A DNA stretch of 33,612 nucleotides from Candidatus Micrarchaeia archaeon (lineage in GTDB: Archaea > Micrarchaeota > Micrarchaeia > Anstonellales > J096), in the NCBI GenBank assembly GCA_041500405.1, contig JBGQMB010000005.1, positions 1-33,612 of the forward strand, given 5' to 3'. The translations under genes and the position numbers were made by a program. The notes below the pieces were generated by a model. The model saw only the letters and a list, made by a program, of their open reading frames with translations. It did not search any database and was not told the origin of the DNA. Position 1 is the stretch's first letter; each line of letters opens with the position of its first letter. Positions 17,942-26,429 of this stretch are shown piece after piece.

Positions 17942-19666
17942 ATGGCGGAAGACAGCTCCAGAAAGCTCTTCGATGATGTTCTTATCTCAACCCCCATAGA
18001 CAAAATGATAGAGATAGTCAAGGAAAACCGCGAGGTCAACCTGGACTATGTCGCGACAAAGCTGAATGAGAACCTGCAGAAGGTCGAGGAGTGGGCATCC
18101 ATCCTGGAGGACCAGGGGCTTATCAAGATAGACTACGCGCTGTCAAAGGTCATCCTGAAATGGAACGCGCCGACAAAGGGCGAGGCGGAGAAAAGGACCG
18201 TTGAGTACAAGGCAGGAAAGGAGCAGTTCGAGGCCTCGCTTTCGAAAATGAGGGCCGATATGGAGAAGGAGGGCCGCGAGATAGAGTCTTACAGCAGGCA
18301 GATGGCCGATGCCATGGGAAAGTACGAGCCGTCCATAGAGGAGCTGAGGAAGGACTTCACGGCATACAAGGAGATAGGGAGCGGCAAGAACAAGCAGTAC
18401 ATGGACCTTAGCGAAAGGATAGTCACGCTCAACGCAAAGGTGGACCAGATAAGCGACCATCTCTCCGTGATAGAGATGAACATGAAGCAGATAAGGGAGG
18501 AGATGACAAAGGAGGCGCTTGGCAAGAACATAGAGGAGATAAGGGCGACAAAGGACAATGTTGATAAGATGATAGCCAGGATGTCTGAGATACTGGCAAA
18601 GATAACAAAAATAAAGGAAGGCATAAAGGGAAGCGAGATAGACGAAAAGAAGCTTGCGGCTTTCCTGAAGCAGGCGCCGGAGCTTGAGGAAAGGGTAGAC
18701 AAGATAGACGATGCCTTCAAGAAGATATTCAAGAACCAGGACCTGATAAAGGACGCCACGGAAACAGTGGCATTCTTCATGGATCATATGGCCGAGATTG
18801 AGAAAAAGGCCAAGACACTAGAGGCGAGCATAGACAAGTCAGGGAGCCTTGACGAGATGGAAGAAAGGATAGCAAAGGCGAAGAACGAGAAGGAGGCGCT
18901 CAGAGCGGATATTGAGGAGGCGAAGAACGCGGTCAGCACCGTGAGCGCGTCCCTTAAGTCGTCAGCGCCGGAACTCACGCAGATAGCGCCGCTCAAGGAC
19001 ATGAAGAAAGAGATAGAATCCATAAAGTCCATCCTTTCCGAAGTCGCAACGATAAAGGAGAGCGTTGAGAGGCTGAGGGAAGTTGACAAGATAATAGACG
19101 ACATTTCGCAATTGAACGAGCAGGTGGAGTCGGAAAAGGAGAAGCTGGCCAGGGAGGTCGGCGACCTGATAAAGCTCGCGGACGAGGAAGTGGAAACGTA
19201 CAAGACGTTTGAAAGGATACGGGACAGGGTCGTCTCTGCCGTTGACAACTACAGCGCGGAAGTGACGAAGCTCAAGGACGACTATTCGCTTGCAAAGAAG
19301 GACATGGACAAGCTCCAAAAGGAGGTTGACAGGCTTTCTTCGGCAATATCCTCAGGGACTGAGGGCGGCAAGGAGGGCAAGGGCCTGATTGAAAGGGCGG
19401 AGAAGGTGCTTGCGTCCGTCGACAAGATAAAGGACGCCTCTGAAAGGATAAATGTCATGAAGGAGGACGTAGACAGGCTCAACAAGAACCTTGTCCTGCT
19501 TGAAAAGGAGTACAAGATACTGGAGCTTAGGAGCCCGGAGGAAGTCGGGGCCAAGGTCCAGCTTGCCGAAAACCAGCTTGACGATTACAGGAAGAAAAAG
19601 AAGGAGCTTGCAGAAACGATAAAGAAGATGTGGGAGAAGGAAGAGGCGCCGAAGAAAAAGAAGTGA
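17942..19666 (+). CDS. N-terminal winged-helix domain plus ~480-aa coiled-coil protein
   Basis: TPIDKMIEIVKENREVNLDYVATKLNENLQKVEEWASILEDQGLIKIDY (wHTH), then continuous heptad-rich E/K/L/I sequence; no Walker A, so not a true SMC. Confidence 0.85.
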   Translation: MAEDSSRKLFDDVLISTPIDKMIEIVKENREVNLDYVATKLNENLQKVEEWASILEDQGLIKIDYALSKVILKWNAPTKGEAEKRTVEYKAGKEQFEASLSKMRADMEKEGREIESYSRQMADAMGKYEPSIEELRKDFTAYKEIGSGKNKQYMDLSERIVTLNAKVDQISDHLSVIEMNMKQIREEMTKEALGKNIEEIRATKDNVDKMIARMSEILAKITKIKEGIKGSEIDEKKLAAFLKQAPELEERVDKIDDAFKKIFKNQDLIKDATETVAFFMDHMAEIEKKAKTLEASIDKSGSLDEMEERIAKAKNEKEALRADIEEAKNAVSTVSASLKSSAPELTQIAPLKDMKKEIESIKSILSEVATIKESVERLREVDKIIDDISQLNEQVESEKEKLAREVGDLIKLADEEVETYKTFERIRDRVVSAVDNYSAEVTKLKDDYSLAKKDMDKLQKEVDRLSSAISSGTEGGKEGKGLIERAEKVLASVDKIKDASERINVMKEDVDRLNKNLVLLEKEYKILELRSPEEVGAKVQLAENQLDDYRKKKKELAETIKKMWEKEEAPKKKK

Positions 19667-19670
19667 TTTA

Positions 19671-19955
19671 ATGCTTTTCCTGAAAAAGAAGACCGCAAGC
19701 CTCATCATAGTGCTGAAGAACAGGCCAGAAGGCATTTACCTCTCAAAGCTTGCGCTTGAGGCAGGGGCGACTTACGTTTATTCAACCAAGCAGATTGACG
19801 TGATGAAGGCGATAGGCCTTGTGACGGTGGAAAAGAAGGGCAAGTTCAGGATTGCGAAATTGACGGATTTGGGAAGGGACGTTGCCGGCGCTGTTGACAG
19901 CGTGATGAAGTACGAGAAGCCAAAGGCGCCTGTGCAGGAGCAACAGCAGGTTTAA
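19671..19955 (+). CDS. winged-helix DNA-binding protein (MarR/ArsR-like)
   Basis: YLSKLALEAGATYVYSTKQIDVMKAIGLVTVEKKGKFRIAKLTDLGRDVA. Confidence 0.85.
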   Translation: MLFLKKKTASLIIVLKNRPEGIYLSKLALEAGATYVYSTKQIDVMKAIGLVTVEKKGKFRIAKLTDLGRDVAGAVDSVMKYEKPKAPVQEQQQV

Positions 19956-19984
19956 AAAACATTTTAGAATGTAATTATGAATAG

Positions 19985-20066
19985 GCTGGGGTCGCCTAAC
20001 GGTATGGCGATAGCCTGCTAAGCTATTGTCCGCAAGGATTCGTGGGTTCAACTCCCATCCCCAGCG
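19985..20066 (+). tRNA. tRNA-Ser(GCT), intronless, CCA not encoded
   Basis: Acceptor GCTGGGG/CCCCAGC with G discriminator; D-arm GCC-TAACGGTAT-GGC; anticodon arm ATAGC-CTGCTAA-GCTAT; extra arm TCC-GCAA-GGA; T-arm GTGGG-TTCAACT-CCCAT. Confidence 0.95.
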
Positions 20067-20082
20067 CTCAAATCCTGTTTCG

Positions 20083-20331
20083 CTATGGGTACACGTTTTT
20101 CCTGTGCCCGACCTTTATGACAAGTATTATGAGCTTGCCCCTGTTGATGTCCATAAGCACCCTGTAGTCGCCGGCCCTCAGCTTGTAAGCGGGGTCTCCG
20201 ACCAGCTTTGTGACGTACTGTTCCGGCCTTACTCTTATCCTTTCAAGGGCAGCGGCTATTCTCCTTTGAATGCCCTTTTCCAGACCAAGGAACTGCCTCC
20301 TTGTCTTGTCGGTGAAGAAAATTTCGTACAT
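20083..20331 (-). CDS. relE: type II toxin, RelE/ParE family
   Basis: MYEIFFTDKTRRQF...KLVGDPAYKLRAGDYRVLMDI...VIKVGHRKNVY. Confidence 0.92.
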   Translation of the reverse strand: MYEIFFTDKTRRQFLGLEKGIQRRIAAALERIRVRPEQYVTKLVGDPAYKLRAGDYRVLMDINRGKLIILVIKVGHRKNVYP

Positions 20332-20550
20332 TCACAATCCCGCTTCCCTTTTCACGCTGGAAAAGGCGCGGACTTTCCCTTTCCTGGCCTCCGCGCGAGA
20401 CTCCTGCAGCTCTCTCTTGGTTTCCTCACTGATTTCGGTTGCGTCCTCTATCAGCGCCGCTATCACTTCTTCGTATGTCTCCCGCTCTGACAGTTTCCTT
20501 TCCGCCAGCCTTTTCTGCAGGGCGCCGCTTATCTGTATCGTTGTTGCCAT
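20332..20550 (-). CDS. cognate antitoxin (archaeal ribbon-helix-helix type)
   Basis: MATTIQIS...LAERK...ETYEEVIAALIE N-terminus; abuts and precedes the toxin gene; TATA (TTTAAATA) ~25 nt upstream. Confidence 0.85.
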   Translation of the reverse strand: MATTIQISGALQKRLAERKLSERETYEEVIAALIEDATEISEETKRELQESRAEARKGKVRAFSSVKREAGL

Positions 20551-20624
20551 AGCATATTATAGTTAGATATATTATTTAAATGTTGCGGTTTGGGGGATAT
20601 GCAGTTGGCAATCGCGGCTTTGCA

Positions 20625-21740
20625 TCAATTGAACAGCGACAGCTGGAAGCACTTCTGCCTTTTTCCCTTGATTTTCAATAGCGCAAACGAGGACTTTGAT
20701 GGCTGGATTTTCCTGTTTCTCTTGAACACGAGGTAGCCAAGCTCCCAAAGGCCCTCCGTCAGGCGCACCGGACTCTTGATGTTGCCCCCCCTTGAGGCGA
20801 CGAACTGCGCGGCCTTGTCCAAATCCTCCTTTGTGATGGACGGATTGAAAATCCTGTATTCCCTCTGCTCTATCCTGCCTGACTTGACTTCCAGCAGCCT
20901 AAGGCTGTCGTCACATGTTGCTATGTGCAGGCCGGCGATGCTCATGTGGTATTCCTCAATCTTTTTCTTCAGGATTGGGAGCTCCTCGTGGCACTTCACA
21001 ACACACTCGTGTATCATTCTTAAGTCATAATTTTTATGGCAGAAGGCGAGCAGGAAATACATGTAGTCATCTGGAACATTGAACAGAAAGGGGGAAACGT
21101 AGCCGGAATGCCTTTTGAGGAAGTTTATTATGTCTGTGTCTGTTAAGCTGAAATTTTCATCGCCGTACAGCACCAGCTCGTTCATTTTCTTCAGGTAGTT
21201 TTTCACCCTGTCATAGCGGTCCCACCGCTCCTTTTCATCAAACACTTTTTTGCTGTCCGCGCCCAATCCGTCAAAGTGGCTTATTATGCTGTCGTTATCC
21301 GTATACAAGTCCACGAACATGTGGCTCCACCAGGTGCCTTTCGGCATTATCCTGGTTATCTGCACCTTCTTGAATTCACCTTCGTAGGTCTTTGTAAACT
21401 CGGAATAGGGCGGGTCAATCAGGGCGAAATCCGCAAAGAACTTGCCCATGTGTATAATCATCCGGCTGTCAAGGGTGATGCCTTCGTCGTGAAGCCCTGC
21501 GGGCGGCTTGATAGGGGGCCTCAGCTGGGCCCTTTTTCCAAAAGGCCTCAGCACGCAAAAGAGCTCGGTCATCCTTCCCTGCCCGTCCTTTAGGGAGACA
21601 ACAAAATAATTGGTGTCTGTAAAAAGGCCTGAAGCGGAAATCTTCTTGAATTTGTCAAGGCTGAACCTGGAATAGTCGACGCCTTCAGGGGTTATTGTGG
21701 CGTATGTTCCATTCCCGAGTTTTTCCTCAAGCTCTGTCAT
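20625..21740 (-). CDS. hypothetical protein
   Basis: 371-aa ORF with a GTGGG RBS-like sequence and AT-rich promoter upstream; no family recognised; ends QLSLFN. Confidence 0.75.
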   Translation of the reverse strand: MTELEEKLGNGTYATITPEGVDYSRFSLDKFKKISASGLFTDTNYFVVSLKDGQGRMTELFCVLRPFGKRAQLRPPIKPPAGLHDEGITLDSRMIIHMGKFFADFALIDPPYSEFTKTYEGEFKKVQITRIMPKGTWWSHMFVDLYTDNDSIISHFDGLGADSKKVFDEKERWDRYDRVKNYLKKMNELVLYGDENFSLTDTDIINFLKRHSGYVSPFLFNVPDDYMYFLLAFCHKNYDLRMIHECVVKCHEELPILKKKIEEYHMSIAGLHIATCDDSLRLLEVKSGRIEQREYRIFNPSITKEDLDKAAQFVASRGGNIKSPVRLTEGLWELGYLVFKRNRKIQPSKSSFALLKIKGKRQKCFQLSLFN

Positions 21741-21872
21741 TGTAAACCCACATGCTGTTAGTTAATATAACAATTTAAAAACAGACTATTTGCCGCCCTG
21801 ATTAATGTGCAAAGCCCAGGCCCGCAAAAGGTTTAAAACATGGCAATCCCATATCCCAGCAGGTAGCCTACT

Positions 21873-22403
21873 ATGAGACGGATAGCGATGATAATAGCCC
21901 AGCACGGGTTCCAAGACACGGAATTCGATGTCTCGTACAACTGGTTCAGGCAAAAGGGCGCGGAAGTCAAGGTGTTCAGCGCCAAAAAGGGGACCGCAAG
22001 CGGGGCGTTCGGGCTTTCCGTAGAGGTTGACGGCGGGCTGGACGAGCTTGACGTTGCCGATTTTGACGCGATAGTCTTCATTGGCGGCGCCGGAACAAGG
22101 AACCTGAGGAATGACAGCAGGGCGATTGAGATAGCCAGGAAAGCAAGGGAGCTTGGCAAGGCCATCGGCGCAATCTGCTGGAGCCCCACCATACTTGCAA
22201 AGGCCGGCATACTGAAGGGAATAAAGGCGACTGTCTGGCTGGGAAACGACCCGGATTACGGCATGTCGACCAAGGCCGTGATTGAAAGCTTTGGGGCAAA
22301 ATACGCCGGAGCAGGCGTAATAACGGACGGAAAGATAGTGACCGCGGACGGACCGCCGAATGCCGAGAAATATGCGATGGCAATCTGGAAAATCCTGATG
22401 TGA
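21873..22403 (+). CDS. pfpI: DJ-1/PfpI family protein
   Basis: GFQDTEF, FDAIVFIGGAG, nucleophile elbow GAICWSP, VITDGKIVTADGP. Confidence 0.92.
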   Translation: MRRIAMIIAQHGFQDTEFDVSYNWFRQKGAEVKVFSAKKGTASGAFGLSVEVDGGLDELDVADFDAIVFIGGAGTRNLRNDSRAIEIARKARELGKAIGAICWSPTILAKAGILKGIKATVWLGNDPDYGMSTKAVIESFGAKYAGAGVITDGKIVTADGPPNAEKYAMAIWKILM

Positions 22404-22409
22404 TGAGCA

Positions 22410-22868
22410 ATGGACTGCGAGATATGCGGAAAAAGGGAGGCCGTTTTCTATATAGAGATAGAGGGCGCGAAGATGTCCGCGTGCCCCGGATGCTCGCACG
22501 ACGCAAAGATACTTGGAAAGATAGGCAAGGCAATAGACAAAAAATCAAAAGCCGAAACGACTGTCATAGAGTACACTGAAAAGGAAACGGAGATAGAGGA
22601 GAACTGCGGGCGCATCATAAGGGATGCAAGGGAATCCAGGAAAATGGAGCTCAAGGACCTTGCAATGGGCATAAACGAGAATGAAAACTATCTTAAGCAC
22701 ATTGAGCAGGGAAAACTGATGCCGACGCTGAAAACCGCGAGAAAATTGGAAAAGGCGCTGGCAATACATCTGATAAGCCAGGTCTCAAGGACTGTTTCCG
22801 AGCACGGGACATTGACAAAGCGGGAGGATTTCAGGATAGAAGACCTTGCTGAAAAGGGTGAAGGCTGA
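22410..22868 (+). CDS. archaeal multiprotein bridging factor aMBF1 (Zn ribbon + HTH)
   Basis: MDCEICG...IEGAKMSACPGC zinc ribbon; IRDARE...LAMGINENENYLKHIEQGKLMP...KLEKAL Cro-type HTH. Confidence 0.92.
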   Translation: MDCEICGKREAVFYIEIEGAKMSACPGCSHDAKILGKIGKAIDKKSKAETTVIEYTEKETEIEENCGRIIRDARESRKMELKDLAMGINENENYLKHIEQGKLMPTLKTARKLEKALAIHLISQVSRTVSEHGTLTKREDFRIEDLAEKGEG

Positions 22869-23906
22869 ATGGGAGTTGACCTAAGCTCCATAATAGAGAA
22901 AAAGGAGATAACGCTTGATTACATATCAAGGAAGACGATAGCGCTTGACGCTTACAACATATTATACCAGTTTTTGGCGTCCATAAGGCAGCCGGACGGG
23001 ACGGCATTGATGGACTTCAAGGGAAACGTTACGAGCCACCTTTCCGGCCTTTTCTACAGGACAGCGAAGCTCATGGAGGCAAGCATAAGGCCGATATACG
23101 TGTTTGACGGCCAGCCGCCGAAGTTCAAGCTAAGGGAGATAGAGCTAAGAAGGGCGAAAAAGGACGAGGCGATGCTCCTGTTCAAAAAGGCGCAGGACCA
23201 GGAGAACGAGGAGCTCATGAGGAGCTACGCGCAGGCAACAGTCAGGCTGACGCGGGAGATGGTTGATGAAAGCAAGGAACTGCTCAGGGCGATGGGCGTG
23301 CCTTGCGTTGACGCGCCTTCAGAAGGAGAGGGCGAGGCCGCGTTCCTTGCAAAGGCAGGCAGGGCATATGCGTCCGGAAGCCAGGACTACGACTCATTGC
23401 TTTTCGGCTCGCCAAGGCTGGTCCGCAACCTTTCAATAACAGGGAAAAGAAAGCTCCCAAGAAGGGATGAGTATGTCATAGTCAGGCCAGAGGCCATTGA
23501 GCTTGACGTTGCGCTAAACTCGCTCGGCATAACAAGGGAGCAATTGATAATGGTCGGGATTTTGACAGGGACGGATTTCAACGACGGGGTCAAGGGCGTG
23601 GGCGCAAAGACGGCATTGAAGCTGGTCAAGCAGCACGGAACCGACTTTGACACGCTGATAAGGGATGTTGAGCAAAAATACGGATACAAATTCGAGGATT
23701 ACATTTATGACGTTTACCAGTTCTTCCTGAACTATCCGGGAACCGACGCCGATGTCTCGGCCGGCGAGATTGACGAGGCAAAGGTAACCGACATACTGGT
23801 GGAAAAGCACGACTTCGCAAGGGAAAGGATAGAGAACACGCTCAAGGCATTGGCAGAGGCAAGGAAGAACGAGAAGCAGACGAGGATGAGCGACTGGTTC
23901 GGATAG
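22869..23906 (+). CDS. fen: flap endonuclease 1
   Basis: MGVDL, DAYNILYQFLASIRQPDG, YVFDG, APSEGEGEAA, SQDYDSLLFG, GTDFNDGVKGVGAKTA, C-terminal PIP box QTRMSDWF. Confidence 0.97.
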   Translation: MGVDLSSIIEKKEITLDYISRKTIALDAYNILYQFLASIRQPDGTALMDFKGNVTSHLSGLFYRTAKLMEASIRPIYVFDGQPPKFKLREIELRRAKKDEAMLLFKKAQDQENEELMRSYAQATVRLTREMVDESKELLRAMGVPCVDAPSEGEGEAAFLAKAGRAYASGSQDYDSLLFGSPRLVRNLSITGKRKLPRRDEYVIVRPEAIELDVALNSLGITREQLIMVGILTGTDFNDGVKGVGAKTALKLVKQHGTDFDTLIRDVEQKYGYKFEDYIYDVYQFFLNYPGTDADVSAGEIDEAKVTDILVEKHDFARERIENTLKALAEARKNEKQTRMSDWFG

Positions 23907-23924
23907 CTGGAAAAGGGGATAAAC

Positions 23925-24545
23925 ATGGAAACAAAAACAATCATGATGGCGATCCTGGCATTTGGGCTGCTCGGGATTTTTGCAATAGTCACGACCGTGA
24001 ACAACGCGGACTGGAATGGAAGCGCATACACGCTGACAGACAGGTATGAGCCGGAAACAGGGCTGCATATCCTCAACAATTCAACAGTAAACGTGGACAC
24101 GCCGAACTTCAACGGAACATACGGGTTCAAGGTGCATGAAAACAGGCTAGTCGGAATCAGGAAGGGCGGATTTGGCAATCCCGACGTTATCGTAACATCC
24201 AGCACCAAGGAGACAAAGGACAGCATACCAGAGGTGTTCTGGGGCCTGATAGGGCCTTCAAACAGGATAAACGTCTCCATTGCCATGAAAGACGGAACAG
24301 AGGCTGTTTACGGGGCAACAACATCCGAAACGGTAATAACGGACGTGAACATCGGCGGTTACAGGGACGCCGACTACACCATAAGGACGGACGAAAAGAC
24401 GGTTGTTGACATCGCGAACACCACAAAGCCCTCAAATGCAACAGAGCAGATGTACAGGCAGGGCAGGATAAAGATAGAGGCAAACGGCTTCGTGAAAGGG
24501 GTTCAGCTGTTCATAGCTGATGCGATTTTCAGGATTTTCGGATAA
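23925..24545 (+). CDS. membrane-anchored/secreted protein with SCP2-like (sterol carrier) region
   Basis: N-terminal TM helix; many N-x-S/T sequons; DADYTIRTDEKTV..I......A...YRQGRIKIEA resembles SCP2 folds. Confidence 0.65.
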   Translation: METKTIMMAILAFGLLGIFAIVTTVNNADWNGSAYTLTDRYEPETGLHILNNSTVNVDTPNFNGTYGFKVHENRLVGIRKGGFGNPDVIVTSSTKETKDSIPEVFWGLIGPSNRINVSIAMKDGTEAVYGATTSETVITDVNIGGYRDADYTIRTDEKTVVDIANTTKPSNATEQMYRQGRIKIEANGFVKGVQLFIADAIFRIFG

Positions 24546-24576
24546 GCATTTAAAATGTAGCCGTGTAAATTAGTTT

Positions 24577-25995
24577 ATGCGGATGATAGTGGTAGTCGCG
24601 GTCGCATTTGCCATTCTCCTGGGGTGCGTCATCCAGGGCGGGCAGAAAGACTGGACGTGCAGCGACGGCACAGCCCAAGGCGCGTGCTCATTCAGCAAGC
24701 CGCTTATGTGCGCCGCAAACGGCTCGCTTGTCGAGAATTCAACCCAATGCGGGTGCCCTGAAGGGTATAAGGCCAAGGGAGCCTCCTGCGAAAAGCTAAA
24801 GCAATGCAGCGACGGAACAGTGGAAAACTCGTGCTCAAAGTCAAAGCCCCTTTACTGCATGGACGGAATCCTTGTCTCAAACATCACAGCGTGCGGATGC
24901 CCAAATGATTATCATGAGGAAAGCGGAAAGTGCATTGAAAACCAAAAATGCTCCGACGGAACCTACGAAAACAGGTGCTCTCCGGCAAAGCCCCTTCTGT
25001 GCATGAACGGAACGTTCGCTGAAAAGGCATCCATATGCGGATGCCCTGACGATTATTTGATAAAGGGAGAAAAATGCGAGAAAATAATAAGATGCAGCGA
25101 CGGGACGATATCCGGAAGCTGCACAACAAACAAGCCGACATACTGCCTGAACGGCACGTTCGTCAGCAAGTCCAGCGCCTGCGGATGCCCCGAGGAGCAT
25201 GTGGAGCAGGGCGAGGGATGCGTTTCAATATATGAGCTGAACGCGAAAGAGGGCGATTTCGAGTATGTGCTAAGGGGAAATAAGAAGGCAATAACCCTGC
25301 CGGTCTATGAGAGCCTGAAAAGCTACCTTGCGAACATCTCGCGCTATTATTACTGCAACCCTGACTGCCCGACTGCGCTTGAGCTTGAGATGAAGTATAT
25401 AGACGAACCTAAAGAGAGAGACAGGCTGCTCGTCCTGGTTGACAGCGTAATGAAAAGGTCCGGCAACAGCGACGACCAGGCAAGGATAGCCATAAGCCTG
25501 GTCCAAAACATGCCGTTTGACGGAGAAAAGCTGAACAACACCGGGGCAATAGGCAGATATCCGTACGAGGTGCTTTACGACGACATGGGCGTATGCGGGG
25601 AAAAGTCGCATCTGCTTGCGTTTTTGCTGCGCGAGCTGGGCTATGGCGTTGCGCTGCTGAAGTACGATGCCCAGAACCACATGGCTGTAGGGATAAAGTG
25701 CAGCGGCGCGTACGATTACCTTGACACAGGATACTGCTTTGTGGAAACCACAATTCCGGCGATAATGACATACAGCGAAGGGGATTATGCCGGCGTTGTG
25801 GGCGAGCTTTCCGACCCTCAGGTCCTGAAGGTAAGCGACGGCGCGGAGTTCAACGCGGCCGAGGAATACGCCGACGCCCAGCAATGGAAAGCCATAAATG
25901 ACGCTGCAGATGCGTCTGGCGGGAAGGTGTCGGATGACCTGTACAATGAATGGCTTATGCTTGTGGACAAGTACGGCATACATGTTGAAAAATGA
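24577..25995 (+). CDS. lipoprotein with four Cys-rich repeats and a C-terminal transglutaminase-like domain
   Basis: LLG|C lipobox; RYPYEVLYDDMGVCGEKSHLLAFLLRELGY, NHMAVGI, YCFVETT (Cys-His-Glu type triad). Confidence 0.85.
   Translation: MRMIVVVAVAFAILLGCVIQGGQKDWTCSDGTAQGACSFSKPLMCAANGSLVENSTQCGCPEGYKAKGASCEKLKQCSDGTVENSCSKSKPLYCMDGILVSNITACGCPNDYHEESGKCIENQKCSDGTYENRCSPAKPLLCMNGTFAEKASICGCPDDYLIKGEKCEKIIRCSDGTISGSCTTNKPTYCLNGTFVSKSSACGCPEEHVEQGEGCVSIYELNAKEGDFEYVLRGNKKAITLPVYESLKSYLANISRYYYCNPDCPTALELEMKYIDEPKERDRLLVLVDSVMKRSGNSDDQARIAISLVQNMPFDGEKLNNTGAIGRYPYEVLYDDMGVCGEKSHLLAFLLRELGYGVALLKYDAQNHMAVGIKCSGAYDYLDTGYCFVETTIPAIMTYSEGDYAGVVGELSDPQVLKVSDGAEFNAAEEYADAQQWKAINDAADASGGKVSDDLYNEWLMLVDKYGIHVEK
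24658..25221 (+). repeat. four tandem ~48-aa six-Cys repeats
   Basis: CSDGT-x4-C-x3-KP-x2-C-x-[ND]G-x7-CGCP-x8-C starting at 24658, 24805, 24949 and 25093. Confidence 0.92.
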
Positions 25996-26109
25996 CGGAA
26001 ATGCGCAAAGGGGGCTTGGGCATTAATTTAAAAAGTGTTATGAACTTTATAATAATCACTTTTTCAGCAAAGTTGCTGGAAAAGAAAAAAAATAGAGAGA
26101 TGGTGTAGA

Positions 26110-26259
26110 ATGGATGGAAGAGGAAGGCCTTTTGGCGAAAGAAAGATGTACCCGGCAAAGTGCTCCGACTGCGGAGCAGACTGCGAGGTTCCTTTCGAGC
26201 CGAAACAGGACAGGCCGGTATACTGCAGGGAATGCTTCAAGAAGCACAGGAAATTCTGA
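26110..26259 (+). CDS. CxxC-x17-CxxC zinc-ribbon small protein (49 aa; absent from the ORF track)
   Basis: Translates to MDGRGRPFGERKMYPAKCSDCGADCEVPFEPKQDRPVYCRECFKKHRKF; GGTG RBS upstream. Confidence 0.93.
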   Translation: MDGRGRPFGERKMYPAKCSDCGADCEVPFEPKQDRPVYCRECFKKHRKF

Positions 26260-26429
26260 TTAGGAATAATCGGGGTTTTTGGGGTTTCGTAATCCGAGTC
26301 GTTTTTTAACAATTCCCTAGCTTTTTAAACTACAGTATAATAGTCGCAATTGTTCAATCTTTGTGGTCCTTAATGGTAAACATTGGTGTATGAAAATAGA
26401 TATGGATATAAGGCACGCGATTGAGTTTT

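Noticed and set aside
17942..19666. SMC/Rad50 annotation
   Set aside because: No Walker A/B, signature motif, hinge or zinc hook; only coiled coil.
20026..20490. 154-aa + strand ORF
   Set aside because: Starts inside the tRNA and is antisense to the TA pair.
15619..25983. Long antisense ORFs (15619-16230, 16654-17301, 18143-18787, 21786-22499, 25270-25983 and similar)
   Set aside because: Each lies opposite a well-supported gene and has the composition typical of reverse-frame shadows.
25955..26312. Three short minus-strand ORFs
   Set aside because: Shadows of the real + strand CxxC-x17-CxxC gene.
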